Shown piece after piece: positions 1 through 12,047 of a stretch of DNA of 64,000 nt. Origin of the DNA: Geosiphon pyriformis uo1 (taxonomy: Eukaryota; Fungi; Glomeromycota); assembly GCA_016748015.1 (NCBI GenBank), contig JAAOMT010000213.1, positions 154,485-218,484 of the forward strand, given 5' to 3'. Both the position numbers and the translations under genes were made by a program. The notes under the pieces are model-generated. The model searched no databases and was not told where the DNA came from. It saw nothing but the letters and a program-made list of their open reading frames with translations. Position 1 is the stretch's first letter; the number at the start of each line of letters is the position of its first letter.

Positions 1-368
1 TAGCAATAGTGAGATAATTGAAAGCAATCCTGTAAAACCAAAAGAATGTATAAAAGCAAGTAGTTGTAGAAGTGAGAAAAGACAGAAAAGAAAAAATAGA
101 TACGAACCTTTAAACCAGAAATTAAAATATCCATATCCCTTCATTCTTTATTATCTTCTCTATTTCATTTCTTGAAATAAACCAATTATTAAAAGAAATC
201 AGAATCATGAATTCATGTTCTCGAACTTCATGGAATTTCCGTGAATTAATCCTTGTCTTGTACCTTTGTTCTAGAACAGATGCTCTTAGCATAACCACCT
301 CGAACCTATTAACAATTTGGACCAATTGCTCTTGATCATGGCAATTGACAATACTAATTTATCTTTTC

Positions 369-402
<34 letters not shown>

Positions 403-808
403 CTTTTTCTGTCTTATTTTTTGTGGAGCGGCAACATAGTAAAATCAACTGTCTGGGAATAGACTTTGTGATAGCCTGGTAAAAGAGGAAAGCTCCTCCT
501 AAGTTTTGGATATTAACATTATCTTGTTAGCTTACCAGAAGGGCAAAAAAACAATGCCAGACCCTAACGACTGTGTTCATTAGCTCGAAGAAGAAAGCTC
601 ACATTTATGAAAAACATTGCAATCAATGAAAGACAAACTCTGTGCCTTATAACCAAAAAACTCAATGGGTAAAATTCACATCTAGGAATAGACCTTTAGA
701 GACTGATAATCAAGACTAAGCCAACAGAATTACGTGAAAGACGCATCATCAATAATTGAGAGCATCAAACGTTACCATTTCTCATATCCACTAAGTTTAC
801 CCATAACA
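1..808 (+). mobile_element. 3' part of an LTR (family C, related to family B LTR), abutting the protease region of Gypsy copy A1
   Basis: Ends ...CCCATAACA at 808, directly followed by family A protease sequence. It shares GCTCTTGATCATGGC and a T-rich tract with the family B LTR (34634-34740). TATA-like GTATAAAAG near 48. Confidence 0.65.
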
Positions 809-3800
809 ATGGTAACAAAAAGAAAGGACTGGGTATTGCCAAAGCTGTTCCTGTCTGCATTAATGGAATCAGCATTGAAACTGACATGGAAGTTTCTGAA
901 GCCAAGAAATACACCATCATTGTTGGCAATAAATGGCTCAAGAAAGCAAAAACTTTGCTTGATTATGAACTTTGTGAATTAACCATTAGATGTGGTGAGA
1001 AACCCATTGTGGTTAAGTGTCACCATTGGACAACTCCCCCAGTACCCAAACAAAACCAAGAAGAAGAACAATTAGATAAATCAGATAATGAAGAGAGCGA
1101 TAAAAAAGAAGAACAAGAAAAGCAAGAAGAAACTGCTGAACTTGTCTATACCACCTTCACCAACAATGGCAAACCACTGGACAATGTTAAAGCAGACAAA
1201 GAAGGAATCATTGTAAATGGCAAGCTAATCTGCTGGACTTATTATGATATTCTTAGAAGAACCTTTGAAAAAAAACCTGGTAAGAAAGCCAAATACAGTT
1301 TTTGGTGGCATGGTTCTTGTGTCTGATGTTGGTGCAACAAACCCTTGTATTCTCCAAGCAATAAATGCAAATTATGCCTGATCTATTACAAAAATTGGGA
1401 ACCAATCAGTTTGATACCCAGAGAAGAATTGAAAGAAATACAGAATTCCTTTGAGAATGAACCATCTGAGATTCAATCACTGGCTATAGAACAAAAAAAA
1501 CCCTCCTCAGAAGAAAGAAAAATAGACATTGAAAATTTGCTGGCTAGAAATAGCCCAGTTATCTCCAAAGAAGGTGATACTCCTGGACATACTCATGTGA
1601 TACAACACACCATCACCACCAGAAAAACTCAACCCATTCATTTGAAGTCTTATCAATCTAATCGGCACAATAATGAGTTTATTAAGAAAGAGATAAACTG
1701 GATGAAAGAACTTGGATTTATACAAAAAACCAAGAGTGAATGGGCTTTCCCAGTTGTAGTGATATCTAAGAAAGGTGGAACACTACGCTTTTGTGTCAAC
1801 TACCACCAATTAAATGCCATCACTAAAAGAGACATATATCTACTTCCCAAAATTAATGCAATGTTAGACCAATTCAAAGATGCTGCTTTCTTCTCAACTA
1901 TTGACTTAACTGCTGAATTTTGACAAGTAGAGATGGATCCAGAAAGCAGAAAGAAAACTGCCTTTATCACCAAGTATGGCACCTATGAATTCACAGTTAT
2001 GCCTTTTGGTCTCACCAATGCCCCTCCCACTTTTCAATGCTTAATGGATAAAGTATTTAAATCAGTCAAGGAAAACTTTGTTCTAGTCTATTTGGATGAC
2101 ATAATGGTATACTCAAAAACCTGGAATGAACACCTGGAATATTTGCAAAAGGTTTTTGACCTCCTTAGAAATGCTGGCCTCAAGATCAACCCAATCAAAT
2201 TTTTCTTTGGAAGACAATTCACCCAGTTCCTTGGTCATCTTATCACAAAAGATGGAATCTTTCCTGACTCAGCCAAAGTTGAAAAAGTCCAAAACATCAA
2301 ACAACTAATGAACATTTATGAACTATGCTCTTTTCTTGGTTTGGCCTCTTATTATCGCAAATTTGTCAAGGATTTCTCCAAAATCACCTCTCTTCTCAAT
2401 CAGCTATTCAGGAAAAATGTCAATTACTATTGAGAAATACATCAGCAAAAAGCCTTTGAAACTTTAAAAAAAAAACTGGTTACAGAACCCATCCTCAAGC
2501 AACCTAATCTAGATTGACCTTTTATTCTCTATACTAATGCATTTGGCTTTGGACTTGGTACTGTTTTTTCTCAGAAAGATAAAGATGGCAAAGAACATGC
2601 CATAGCCTATGCCAGTAGAATCTTTTCCCCAGCAGAACAGAACTATTCAGTTACTGAACAAGAATGCTTAGCAGTAGTATGGTTCACCAGTTACTGGAGT
2701 AAGTATCTTCTTGGTGTGAAGTTTTTGGTGGTAACAAATCACCAAGCCTTGGTTTGATTGTGTAAAAATAAGAAGCTAGAACACAAACAAATAACTTGCT
2801 GGATACTCCATTTGGATGAATTCGACTATGATATTCAACATCATGAAGGAGCTAATCATCAAAACGCCAATGCTCTCTTCAGACTTACCATTCAGTGACA
2901 GAACAACCCTCTCAAACCAAACCAACTTAATTATTAGTAATTCCCTCTTTTTTGACAAACACAATAATGGACTTGGACAACTACTCTGTCTTAATAGAAT
3001 TTTTGGGTAAAGGACAATACCCACTGAAATACACACAACAACAAAGAAAACATTTGCACAAACAATCAAATTTCTATTTGATTTGCCAGAACCAACTTTA
3101 TAAAAGAAATAGAAAAAATCCTGACCGCCCCCAGAGAGTCATCAGATTTGAAGAAAGAGAAATTGTGATTTCCAATATGCACACTGATCTATTAGCTAGA
3201 CACTTTAGAAAAACAAAAACAATTCAAAAAACTCTAGTTCACTATTATTGGCCTACCTTAAGAAAAAACATTGCTGAATACATCAAAACCTGTGATGTCT
3301 ACCAAAGAAAAAGAAAACCCAATCACAAAGAAGATATCCATCCAATCTCTGTTGGTTAACTCTTTGACAGAATTGGTATAAATGTTGTTGGACTTTTAAC
3401 AATAACTCCTAATGGCAACAGATACATTATTACAGCTACCAACTATCTTACAAAGTGGGTAGAAGCAAGAGCCACTTCAGACCAAACAGCAGTTTCAATA
3501 GCCAATTTCATTTATGAAGATATCATTTGTTGTTATGGCTGCCCCAAAAAACTTTTATTTGACAGAGGAAGAGCTTTTCTTAGTACACTTGTTGAAGAAC
3601 TTTGCAGAAAAATGGGAATACATCACAAACTTTTCTTTTCTTATTACCCCTAAACAAATAGCCTAGTAAAACGTTTCAATAGAACACTATGTGAAATTCT
3701 AGCCAAAACCAGCAAAGAAACAAACTTATAGGACAAAGTACTGCCTTCAGCTTTGTTTGCTTATAGAACTGTGAATCATAACATAACAAATTATGAACCC

Positions 3801-4274
3801 TTTTATTTACTCTATAGACAAATAGCAACTCTACCAATAAAAACTGACATTGAGACAATATCTTTTGAAGAAATAACAATAGGGAATTACAAAGACATTT
3901 TGCAAAGAAAACTTGGTACCATTCTTGACTCATTAGTAGAAGCACGGATAATTGTCTTTGAAAAGATAAAACAATTCCAAGAGAAGCTTAAGAAAAAGAA
4001 AACATATAAAACACTTTCCTTAAGTGTTGGTAACTTAGTTTTAGAATACTGTTCAGACAAAAACAATGTCTATGGTGATAAATTCTCTAGCCAGTGGAAA
4101 GAACCCTTTATAGTCAACAAAGTTTTGAACAATGGTTTTTATATCCTACAAGATCAATATGGAACAATCTTCAATGATTGTCCTGTTCATGGCACACAAC
4201 TCAAGAAATATCACAAACGACCTGATTGGTTACCTGTTGTGGTAATACCGACCCAAATGATCAACAAAAATTAG
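809..4274 (+). pseudogene. pol: pol (PR C-terminus, Cys-rich linker, RT, RNase H, integrase), with many premature stops
   Basis: ORF fragments 886-1326, 1345-1923, 1933-2433, 2952-3359 and 3753-4274 are collinear. Stops are TGG>TGA and CAA>TAA changes relative to sister copies. Confidence 0.92.
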
Positions 4275-4321
4275 ATATAAATAAATGCACCATTCCCAAA
4301 ACAGAGGTATCTTCAATCGAC

Positions 4322-4978
4322 ATGAACAATTATTTCCTAGATCAAAATATTCAAAATGCTTTCTACACTCTCCATGAGTACTGGATCAAAAATTATCCAA
4401 ATGCTACTCTGATCATTGGAAAACAAACCACCATAACTGATAACAGTGAAACACATATTGTTATTAGACCAAAAAAAACCACTACTAAAAGAGAAAGAAT
4501 TGGTAGCAAAATGAATAAGTATTTGCTGGAAAGCATAACAGCAGCAATACTTACATCTTCCATAACAATTGGAAAAACGATTAAGGAAATCTTGCCCATA
4601 GACAAAAACTTGTCATATAGAAGACAACTAGAACTTTATGGTCATCTTGGTGAAATCATAGAAGAAATGAAGCTTATGAAAAAAACAACTTCAGAGATAC
4701 AAGTAAAAATTTTGGGCATTATATGTTTAGATGTCCCAAGAGTTTTGACTATTGCAAAAAGAGCCAAAACTCTTATACAAAGATTTGGTCTCTTGAATAC
4801 AAAGCTTATTTCGCCTTAAGTACTATACACTCTATCCATAAAAAACTTTAACAAACTAGTTAGTTTTGAGTTAGACAAAATCCTTCAATTAGAATACCTT
4901 ATAAATAGCTTGATTTCGCCAGAGTTCAATCTGTTTGAAGAAGATGATGTTATAGTTGAAACCCATAATTTTTATTAG
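4322..4978 (+). pseudogene. Extra ORF3 after pol (~218 aa, unknown function), running through the PPT into the 3' LTR
   Basis: MNNYFLDQNIQNAF...FEEDDVIVETHNFY*. The single internal TAA (4817-4819) is CAA in copies A3 and A4. Confidence 0.8.
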
Positions 4979-5686
4979 TTATCACATGTATTAGTCACTA
5001 ATGTCATATAATTAGCCACTCTATTTTTAGATAGTAATTATTGACCTGATCATTAACCTAACTGTTGACTTAATTATTGACCTGATCATTGACCTGATCG
5101 TTGACCTAATTATTGACCTGATCATTGACCTGATCATTGACCTAGTCGTTGATCTGGTTGTTGACCACTTTCAATAGCTATATAAGTGATGAGTCTCTTA
5201 GCTGTAGAAAATCATCTCTCAGACAAGAATCAAATAAATAAAAATAACAACTTTCATCTCAATCACTCTCTTATTGCTAATTTCCCTTTCACTACTTTCA
5301 AGTATTTGAACATCTTAGGATAAAAGATTACTTGTTGGCTTTTTCCTGACGTATATAATTGTAGCATTTGAAGATTATTTAAATAAATGTGACTGAAAAG
5401 CACAAGTTGATACCTGATATTGAATTCTAAAAGTGCTGACGTGAGGCATAGAATTATACCAGTGGTGATCAATTGTTGACAGTATGGACTATCCTTCTAC
5501 CTTCAGATTCTTCAGTTATCTTTGAAAAGAATAGCAACTGAAATATTTTATGAGACTGATCTTGCATATTGAATCCATACTCATTTAATTCACTCTTTAA
5601 AGTTGAATTCCTCTTTAATTATTTTCATCATTCTACAATCCTGTTCTCCCTTGCTATCTGTTAGCTTGTTACTCCAACCCATAACA
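4948..5686 (+). repeat. 3' LTR of A1 (739 bp)
   Basis: TGTTAT...ATAACA termini. TATA (GCTATATAAG) near 5177. Homologous to the other family A LTRs in the window. Confidence 0.95.
5041..5166 (+). repeat. 12-bp tandem array (TTGACCTGATCA) x10.5 in U3, just upstream of the TATA box
   Basis: Exact 12-bp periodicity 5041, 5053 ... 5161. Confidence 0.95.
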
Positions 5687-6191
5687 GTATTTTTTGAAAC
5701 AGACTTAAGCCCAATACAACCAGGTAGCAACTGAAAAAAAAAACTGAGCAAGATCATCTTGATCTTAAATGTAGTACCAGGTACAAGATTGAAGGCCACC
5801 CAACCAGAGAACTTTTGATGACCACTCACATTTTCCCAAGCACTACCATCAGCAGCACTAAAAACTGGGAGAGGAGCAGTTGATTCCATTTCCATCTGAT
5901 CAGCCAAATCTTTAAAATTATCTAAAATAATAGGCTGCTTTGCTACTGGGATTGGCAATGATCTGCTGGAGAGTACCATATCAAACAACACAGCTAGTGG
6001 TTGATCTTGGTCTATCTTTAGAGATATGCTGCTGTTGTTGCCATCTACATCAGAAAGGAGGCTGGCTGCTACTGTAAAGATCTTACCCAAGATCTCATCT
6101 GAAACCACAAAGGAGTTCAGTGTTATCAAAGCAGTTGCAAGTGCCAGCTGCTGTTTTTTGGAATTTTTGGCTTTTATGGCCATTTGTGAAA

Positions 6192-6224
<33 letters not shown>

Positions 6225-6593
6225 GAGTGGTGAGAGTGGAGAAGACCAACTTGTTGACTGGTCTGTTATTAAAAATCTTTGGGCTTTTTGAAGTAGTAGA
6301 GACAACACTGGAACTAACCTGAGTATGTCTTTTGAAAGGAACTTTGACTGAAGAAAAACCACCAGCCAAAGATAAAGAAAATAAACCAGAAGCTGCCAAA
6401 GACAGTTTTTCACTAATATTTTTCAGAGGAAATGTAACCAGAATGTTTTGTCTAACTGCTTCAATAACAGAAAGACTTTTTCGTGTTGAAACTTTATTAG
6501 TTACTATAAGAAAAGTAATGTTTGCAACTTTTTTACTCTTAGTTTTAGTTGTGGTCATAAAATTAAGGAGAGAAAAAGTTTTTACATTTACAT
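5687..6593 (-). mobile_element. ORF1-only poly(A) retroposon, copy X0 (5' part; interrupted by A1, itself inserted in ORF3 of A2)
   Basis: ORF 5590-6558(-) matches the N-terminus of X1-X3 up to GLKSVSKN, where the A1 LTR begins. Conserved 5' motif ACTTTTTCTCTCC at 6579. Confidence 0.88.
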
Positions 6594-9500
6594 TTTTCTA
6601 ATGATTAAAGTAACATTTGAATAGTTTTTGATCCAATACTCATGGAGAGTATAGAAGATGTTTTAAATGTTTTGATCTAGAAAATAATTATTCATGTTGA
6701 TTGAAAATACCTCTGTTTTGGAAATGATGCATTTATTTATACTTGATTTTTGTTGATCATTTGGGTCAGTATTACTACAACAGGCAACCAATTAGGTTGT
6801 TTATGATATTTCTTGAGTCATGTACCATGAACAGGATGATCATTAAAGATTGTTCCAAATTAATCTTGAAGAATATAAGAACCATTGTTCAAAACTTTGT
6901 TGATTATAAAGGGTCTTTTCTACTGACTATTGAATTTATTATCATAAACATTGTTTCTGTCTGAATGGTATTCTAATACCAAGTCACCAATACTTAAAGA
7001 AAATGTTTTATAGATTTTCTTTTTCTTAAGCTTTTCTTGGAACTATTTTATCTTTTCAAAAACAATTATTCATGCTTCTACCAAGGAGTCAAGAATGGTA
7101 CCAAGTCTTCTTTGCAAAATGTCTTTATAATTTCCTATTGTGATCTCTTTTAAAAGTATTGTCTCAATGTTAGTTTCTATTGGTAGTATTGCCATGCATT
7201 TATAGAACAGATAAAAAAGTTCATAACTTGTTATGTCATAATTCACAGTTCTATAAGTAAACAAAACTAAAGGCAGTACTTTGTCCTATAAGTTTGTTTC
7301 TTTACTGGTTTTAGTTAAGGTTTCTATTAAAACGTTCCACTAAGCCATTTGTTTGAGAATGGTAAGAAGAAGAAAGTTTATGACATATTCTCATTTTTCT
7401 ACAAAGTTCTTCAACCAGTGTACTGAGAAAAGCTTTTTTTCTATCAGATAAAAGTTTTTTGGGGCAGCCATGATGGCAGATGATATCTTCATAAATGAAA
7501 TTAGTTATTGAGACTGCTGTTTATTCAGAAGTGGCTCTTGCTTCTACCCACTTTATAAGATAATCAATAGCTGTGATAATATATTTGTTGTCATTAGGAG
7601 TTATTATTAAAGGTCCAACAACATCTATACCAATTTTGTCAAATAGTTGACCAACAAAAATTGGATGGATAGTTTTTTTGTGATTGAATTTGCCTTTTCT
7701 TTGGCAGATGTTACAAGTTTTGATGTATTCAGCAATGTCTTTTCCCAAGGTAGGCCAATAATAACAAGCTATGATTTTCTGAATTGTTTTTGTTTTTCCA
7801 AAGTGTCTAGCTAATGGTTCAATGTACATGTTATATATTACAATTTCTCTTTTTTCAAATTTGATAACTCTCTAAAGGTGGTCAGAATCTTTTCTGTTTC
7901 TTTTATATAATTGGTTTTGGTGGATCAAATAGAAATTTGATTGTTTGTGCAAATGTTCTCTTTGCTGTTAAGTGTATTTTGGTGGGTATTGTCTTTTATC
8001 CAAAAATTCCATTAAGACAATATAGTTGTTCAAGTCTATTATTGTGTTTGTTTGTGAAAGAGTTACTAATAATTAGGTTGGTTTGGTTTGAAAGGTTGTA
8101 CTATTACTAAATGGTAAGTCTAGAGAGAGCATCAGTGTTTTGATGATTTGCTTCTTTGTGGTGTTGAATATCATAGTCGAATTCATCCAAGTGGAGTATT
8201 CAGCAAGTTATTTGTTTGTGTTCTAGCTTTTTTTTATTGTGCAGCCAAACCAAGACTTGATGATCTGTTACCACTAAGAATTTCATATCAAAAAGATATT
8301 GATCCTAGTAACTAGTAGCCCAAACTACTGCTAAACATTTTTGTTCAGTAACTGAATAGTTTTTTTCTGCTGGTGTGAGGGATTTATTGGCATATACTAT
8401 AACATGTTCTCTGTTATTTTCATCTTTTTATGAAAAGACAGCACCAAGTTCATAACATAATACATCAGTGTAGAGGATAAAAGATTGGTTTAGATTAGGT
8501 TGCTTGAGAATTGGTTCAGTAACAAGTTTTTCCTTCAGAATTTCAAAAGCTTTTTGTTGATGAGTGTCCCAGTGATAATTGACATTTTTCTTGAGTAGCT
8601 GATTGAAAGGAAAGGTGATTTTGGAAAAATCTTTAATAAATTTGTAATAATAAGAAGCCAAACCAAGGAAAAAGCATAGTTCAAGAACATTCATTGATTG
8701 TCTAATGTTTTGAACTTTTTAAACTTTAGCTGGATCAGGGAAGATTCCATCTTTTGTAATAAGATGACCAAGGAATTGGATGGATTGGCATCCAAAGAAA
8801 GATTTGATTGGGTTGATCTTAAGGTCAGCATTTCTGAGCAGGTCAAAAACCTTCTGCAAATGTTCAAAGTGTTTATCCCAGATTTTTGAGTAGACCATTA
8901 TGTTGTTTAAGTAAACTAGAACAAAGTTTTTTACTAATTCAAATACTTTGTCCATTAGACATTGGAAAATAGAAGGGGCATTAGTGAGACCAAAAGGCAT
9001 AAGTATAAATTCATAAGTGCCATACATGGTAATGAAAACAGTTTTTTTTCTGTTTTCTGGATCCATCTCTACTTGCCAGAATTCAGCAGTTAAGTCAATA
9101 GTTAAGAAGAAAGCAGCACCATTGAATTTATCTAGCATTGCATCAATTTTGGGGAGTGGGTACATGTCTCTTATAGTGATAATATTTAGTTGGTGGTAGT
9201 CAACACAGAAAACTGGGAAAGTCCATTCACTCTTGGTTTCTTGTATGAATCCAAGATTTTTCATCTGGTGTATCTCTTTCTTGATAAACTCATCATTATG
9301 TCGATTGGATTGATAAGACTTTAAATGGATGGAGCAAGTTTCTTTGATAGTAATTGTGTGTTGTATTACATGAGTTCGTCCAAGGATGTCATCTTCTTTT
9401 GAAATAACTGGACTATTTCTAGCCAACAGATTTTCAATGTCTATTTTTCTTTCTTCAGGGGAAAGTTCTCTTTGTTTTACAACTAGTGATTGGATTTCAG

Positions 9501-12047
9501 ATGGTTCATTCTTAAAGGACTTTTGTACTTCTTTAAGTTCTTTTTGAAGTATCAAGCTAATTGGTTCCCAATCTTTGTAATAGATTAAGCAGGATTTGCA
9601 TTCATCACTTGGTAAATACAAAAGTTTATTACACCAGTACTGTGCACAAGGACCATGTCACCAATAACTGTATTTGGCTTTCTTGCAAGGTTTTCTGTCA
9701 AAGATTCTTTTGAAGATATTATAGTAGGGCCAGCAGATCAGCTTGTCATTTACCATGATTCTTTTTTTGTCAGCTTTAACATTGTCCAGTGAGATTGTTA
9801 GAATTAGCAACACAAAATACTCTTTTTCTCTTAAATTTTATGACCATGAATAAAATTAAGAGTAAAAAAGTTTCAAACATTACTTTTCTTATAGTAACTA
9901 ATAAAGTTTTAATACGAGAGGGTCTCTCTGTTATTGAAGCAGTTAAACAAAACATTCTGGCAACATTTCCTTTAAAAAATTCTAGTGATAAGCTGCCTTT
10001 AACGGCTTCTGGTTCATTTTCTTCACCTTTGGCTGGTAGTTCTTTTCCAGTCAAAGTTCCTTCCAAAAGACACACTTGGGTTAGTCCCAGTGTTATCTCT
10101 ACTGCTTCTAAGAGCCCAAAGATTTTTAATAACAGACCAGTCAATAAGTTGGTCTTTTCTGCTCTTACTACTCCCACTACTACTTCTATTACTACTGCTT
10201 CACAAATGGCTGCAAAAGCCAAAAATTCCAAAAAACAGTAGCAGACAGTTGTAACTACTATGGTCACACCAAACCTTAGATGAGATCTTCAGTAAAATTT
10301 TCACAGCAACAGCCAGCCCTCTTCCTGATATGGATAACAACAACAGCAGCACATCTCCCAAGATGGACCAAGATTAACCACTGGCTGTGTTGCCAGATGT
10401 GGTACTCTTCAGTAGATCATCACCAATCTCAGTAGCAAAACAGCCCATCAATCTAAATGATCTCAAAGATTGGACTGATCAGATGGAAATAGAATCAACT
10501 GTCCCTTTTCTAGTTTCTGGTACTGCTAATGATGGTGCTTGAGAGAATGTAAATGGTCGTCAAAGGTTCTCTGGTTGGGTGGCCTTCAATCTTGTACCTG
10601 GTGCTACATTTAAGATCAAGATGGCCTTGCTCTGTTTCTTGTTTCAGTTGTTGCCTGGTTGTATTGGGCTTAAGTCAGTTTCACGAAATGCTGTCAAGTT
10701 GTTCTGTGTGGAATTTGCATCTCAGGAAAGTCTAAATAGTGCCACCAAAGTGGCCATTGATGATGAAGTTTTTTTGACCACTTTTAAGATTGCATGGTCT
10801 TCTGGTGTGATTTCTGTTTCTTCTCCTCCCTTGTCAATTGCACTTCATAATGTACCTTTGGGTATCTTTTTTGATAACATCAAATCTGCTCTTGGTATTT
10901 TTGGTGTTGTCACTTCTGTTAAGTTAAAGCCTGCTGGCTTATGGCAATATGCTGTGGTTTATTTTAAAAACACTTCTTTTGCTGCTGCTGTTCTTACTAA
11001 CTGGTCAGTACTGGTTAAAAAAGACAGTGTTAGGATTTTTCTTTTAGTCAACCAAAAAGAGATTATTACCTCAAGAGATGTTTTCAAAGCCAAGTTGGTT
11101 AATCTTCCTTTTGGCTGTACTGTCTTTGAGATTAGTAATTTGGTCTTTCAAGTTGGTAGTCCTACCTGTTTTATTCCTCACTCTTCTGAATTATACTGAC
11201 ATCAACATTTTGCTGTGGTTACCTTTGATTTCTTGGAATCTTTGAACATTGCTGTTTCTAAAACTGGTACCTTATATGGCTGCCACATCTGGTGGAAAAC
11301 TTCTGGATGTTGCCGCTGTTATAGATGTCAAAGTTTGGACTATTTGGCTCTAGTGTACAAAGTGTCATCATCTCTTCCTCCTAAAGTCTCTTCCAACTTC
11401 TTTGGTGGCCCCAAAGTTTTCAAATTTTTATTTGTTGAGTCCAAATTTTATGCCAAAGCTGCTGCTGTTGTGGTTCCTCCTGTTGTTGCTGCTGCTGATA
11501 TGAACTTGGATCTTAGTGGTCCCCCCTCCCCCAATTACTACACTTCTGTTGTCTGTTGCACTTTCTGCTATTGATAATGCTGTCAATGCTAGGTTGGCTT
11601 TTCTGGAATCTCATCTTGGTGAACTGTTTTTGCTGATAAAGTCCTTGGTTGAGCCTGATGGTACTCTGGTTGTTTTAGTTACCAAATTGTTGTCTACTCA
11701 ATCTGCTGTGGATGTGTCAGTTAAGGAAAGTGTGGTTGGATTGGCTAAGCAGAATAAAGACTTGGCTGCCATTGCTATGGTAATACAGAAAAGAATAACA
11801 TGTCTTAAGAAAAAGTGTGAGCAGGCCTACTTGGAAGATGTATCAGACAATGATGACATAGATGACAATAATGATGACATAGATGACAATAATGTTGATA
11901 ATGTTGAAGATAAAAATTTCTCTGTCTATGATAACACATTTGATGTTATGATGTATTTATGGGAAAATCAGTTTTCCAGTATCAAGTCCAATCCTAATAT
12001 GACTGCTAAGTAGATAAGTGGTATGGTTAAAGATAATCATGAGCTTG

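Larger units (their letters stand above)
809..5686 (+). mobile_element. Ty3/Gypsy LTR retrotransposon family A, copy A1 (3' part: PR C-half, RT, RNase H, IN, ORF3, 3' LTR)
   Basis: Domain order PR-RT-RH-IN. RT YLDD in ORF 1933-2433, MPFGLTNAP motif, IN Zn-binding and KWVEA motifs. PPT GAAGAAGATGA 4937-4947 precedes the LTR. Confidence 0.95.

Noticed and set aside
809-813. NTGGT after LTR C (809) and LTR D (27927) as primer binding sites
   Set aside because: Both continue seamlessly into host-element coding sequence rather than tRNA-complementary sequence. Treated as target flanks, though microhomology-mediated deletion cannot be excluded.
4322-4978. ORF3 as an env gene
   Set aside because: Too short. 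No signal peptide, furin site or clear transmembrane anchor visible.
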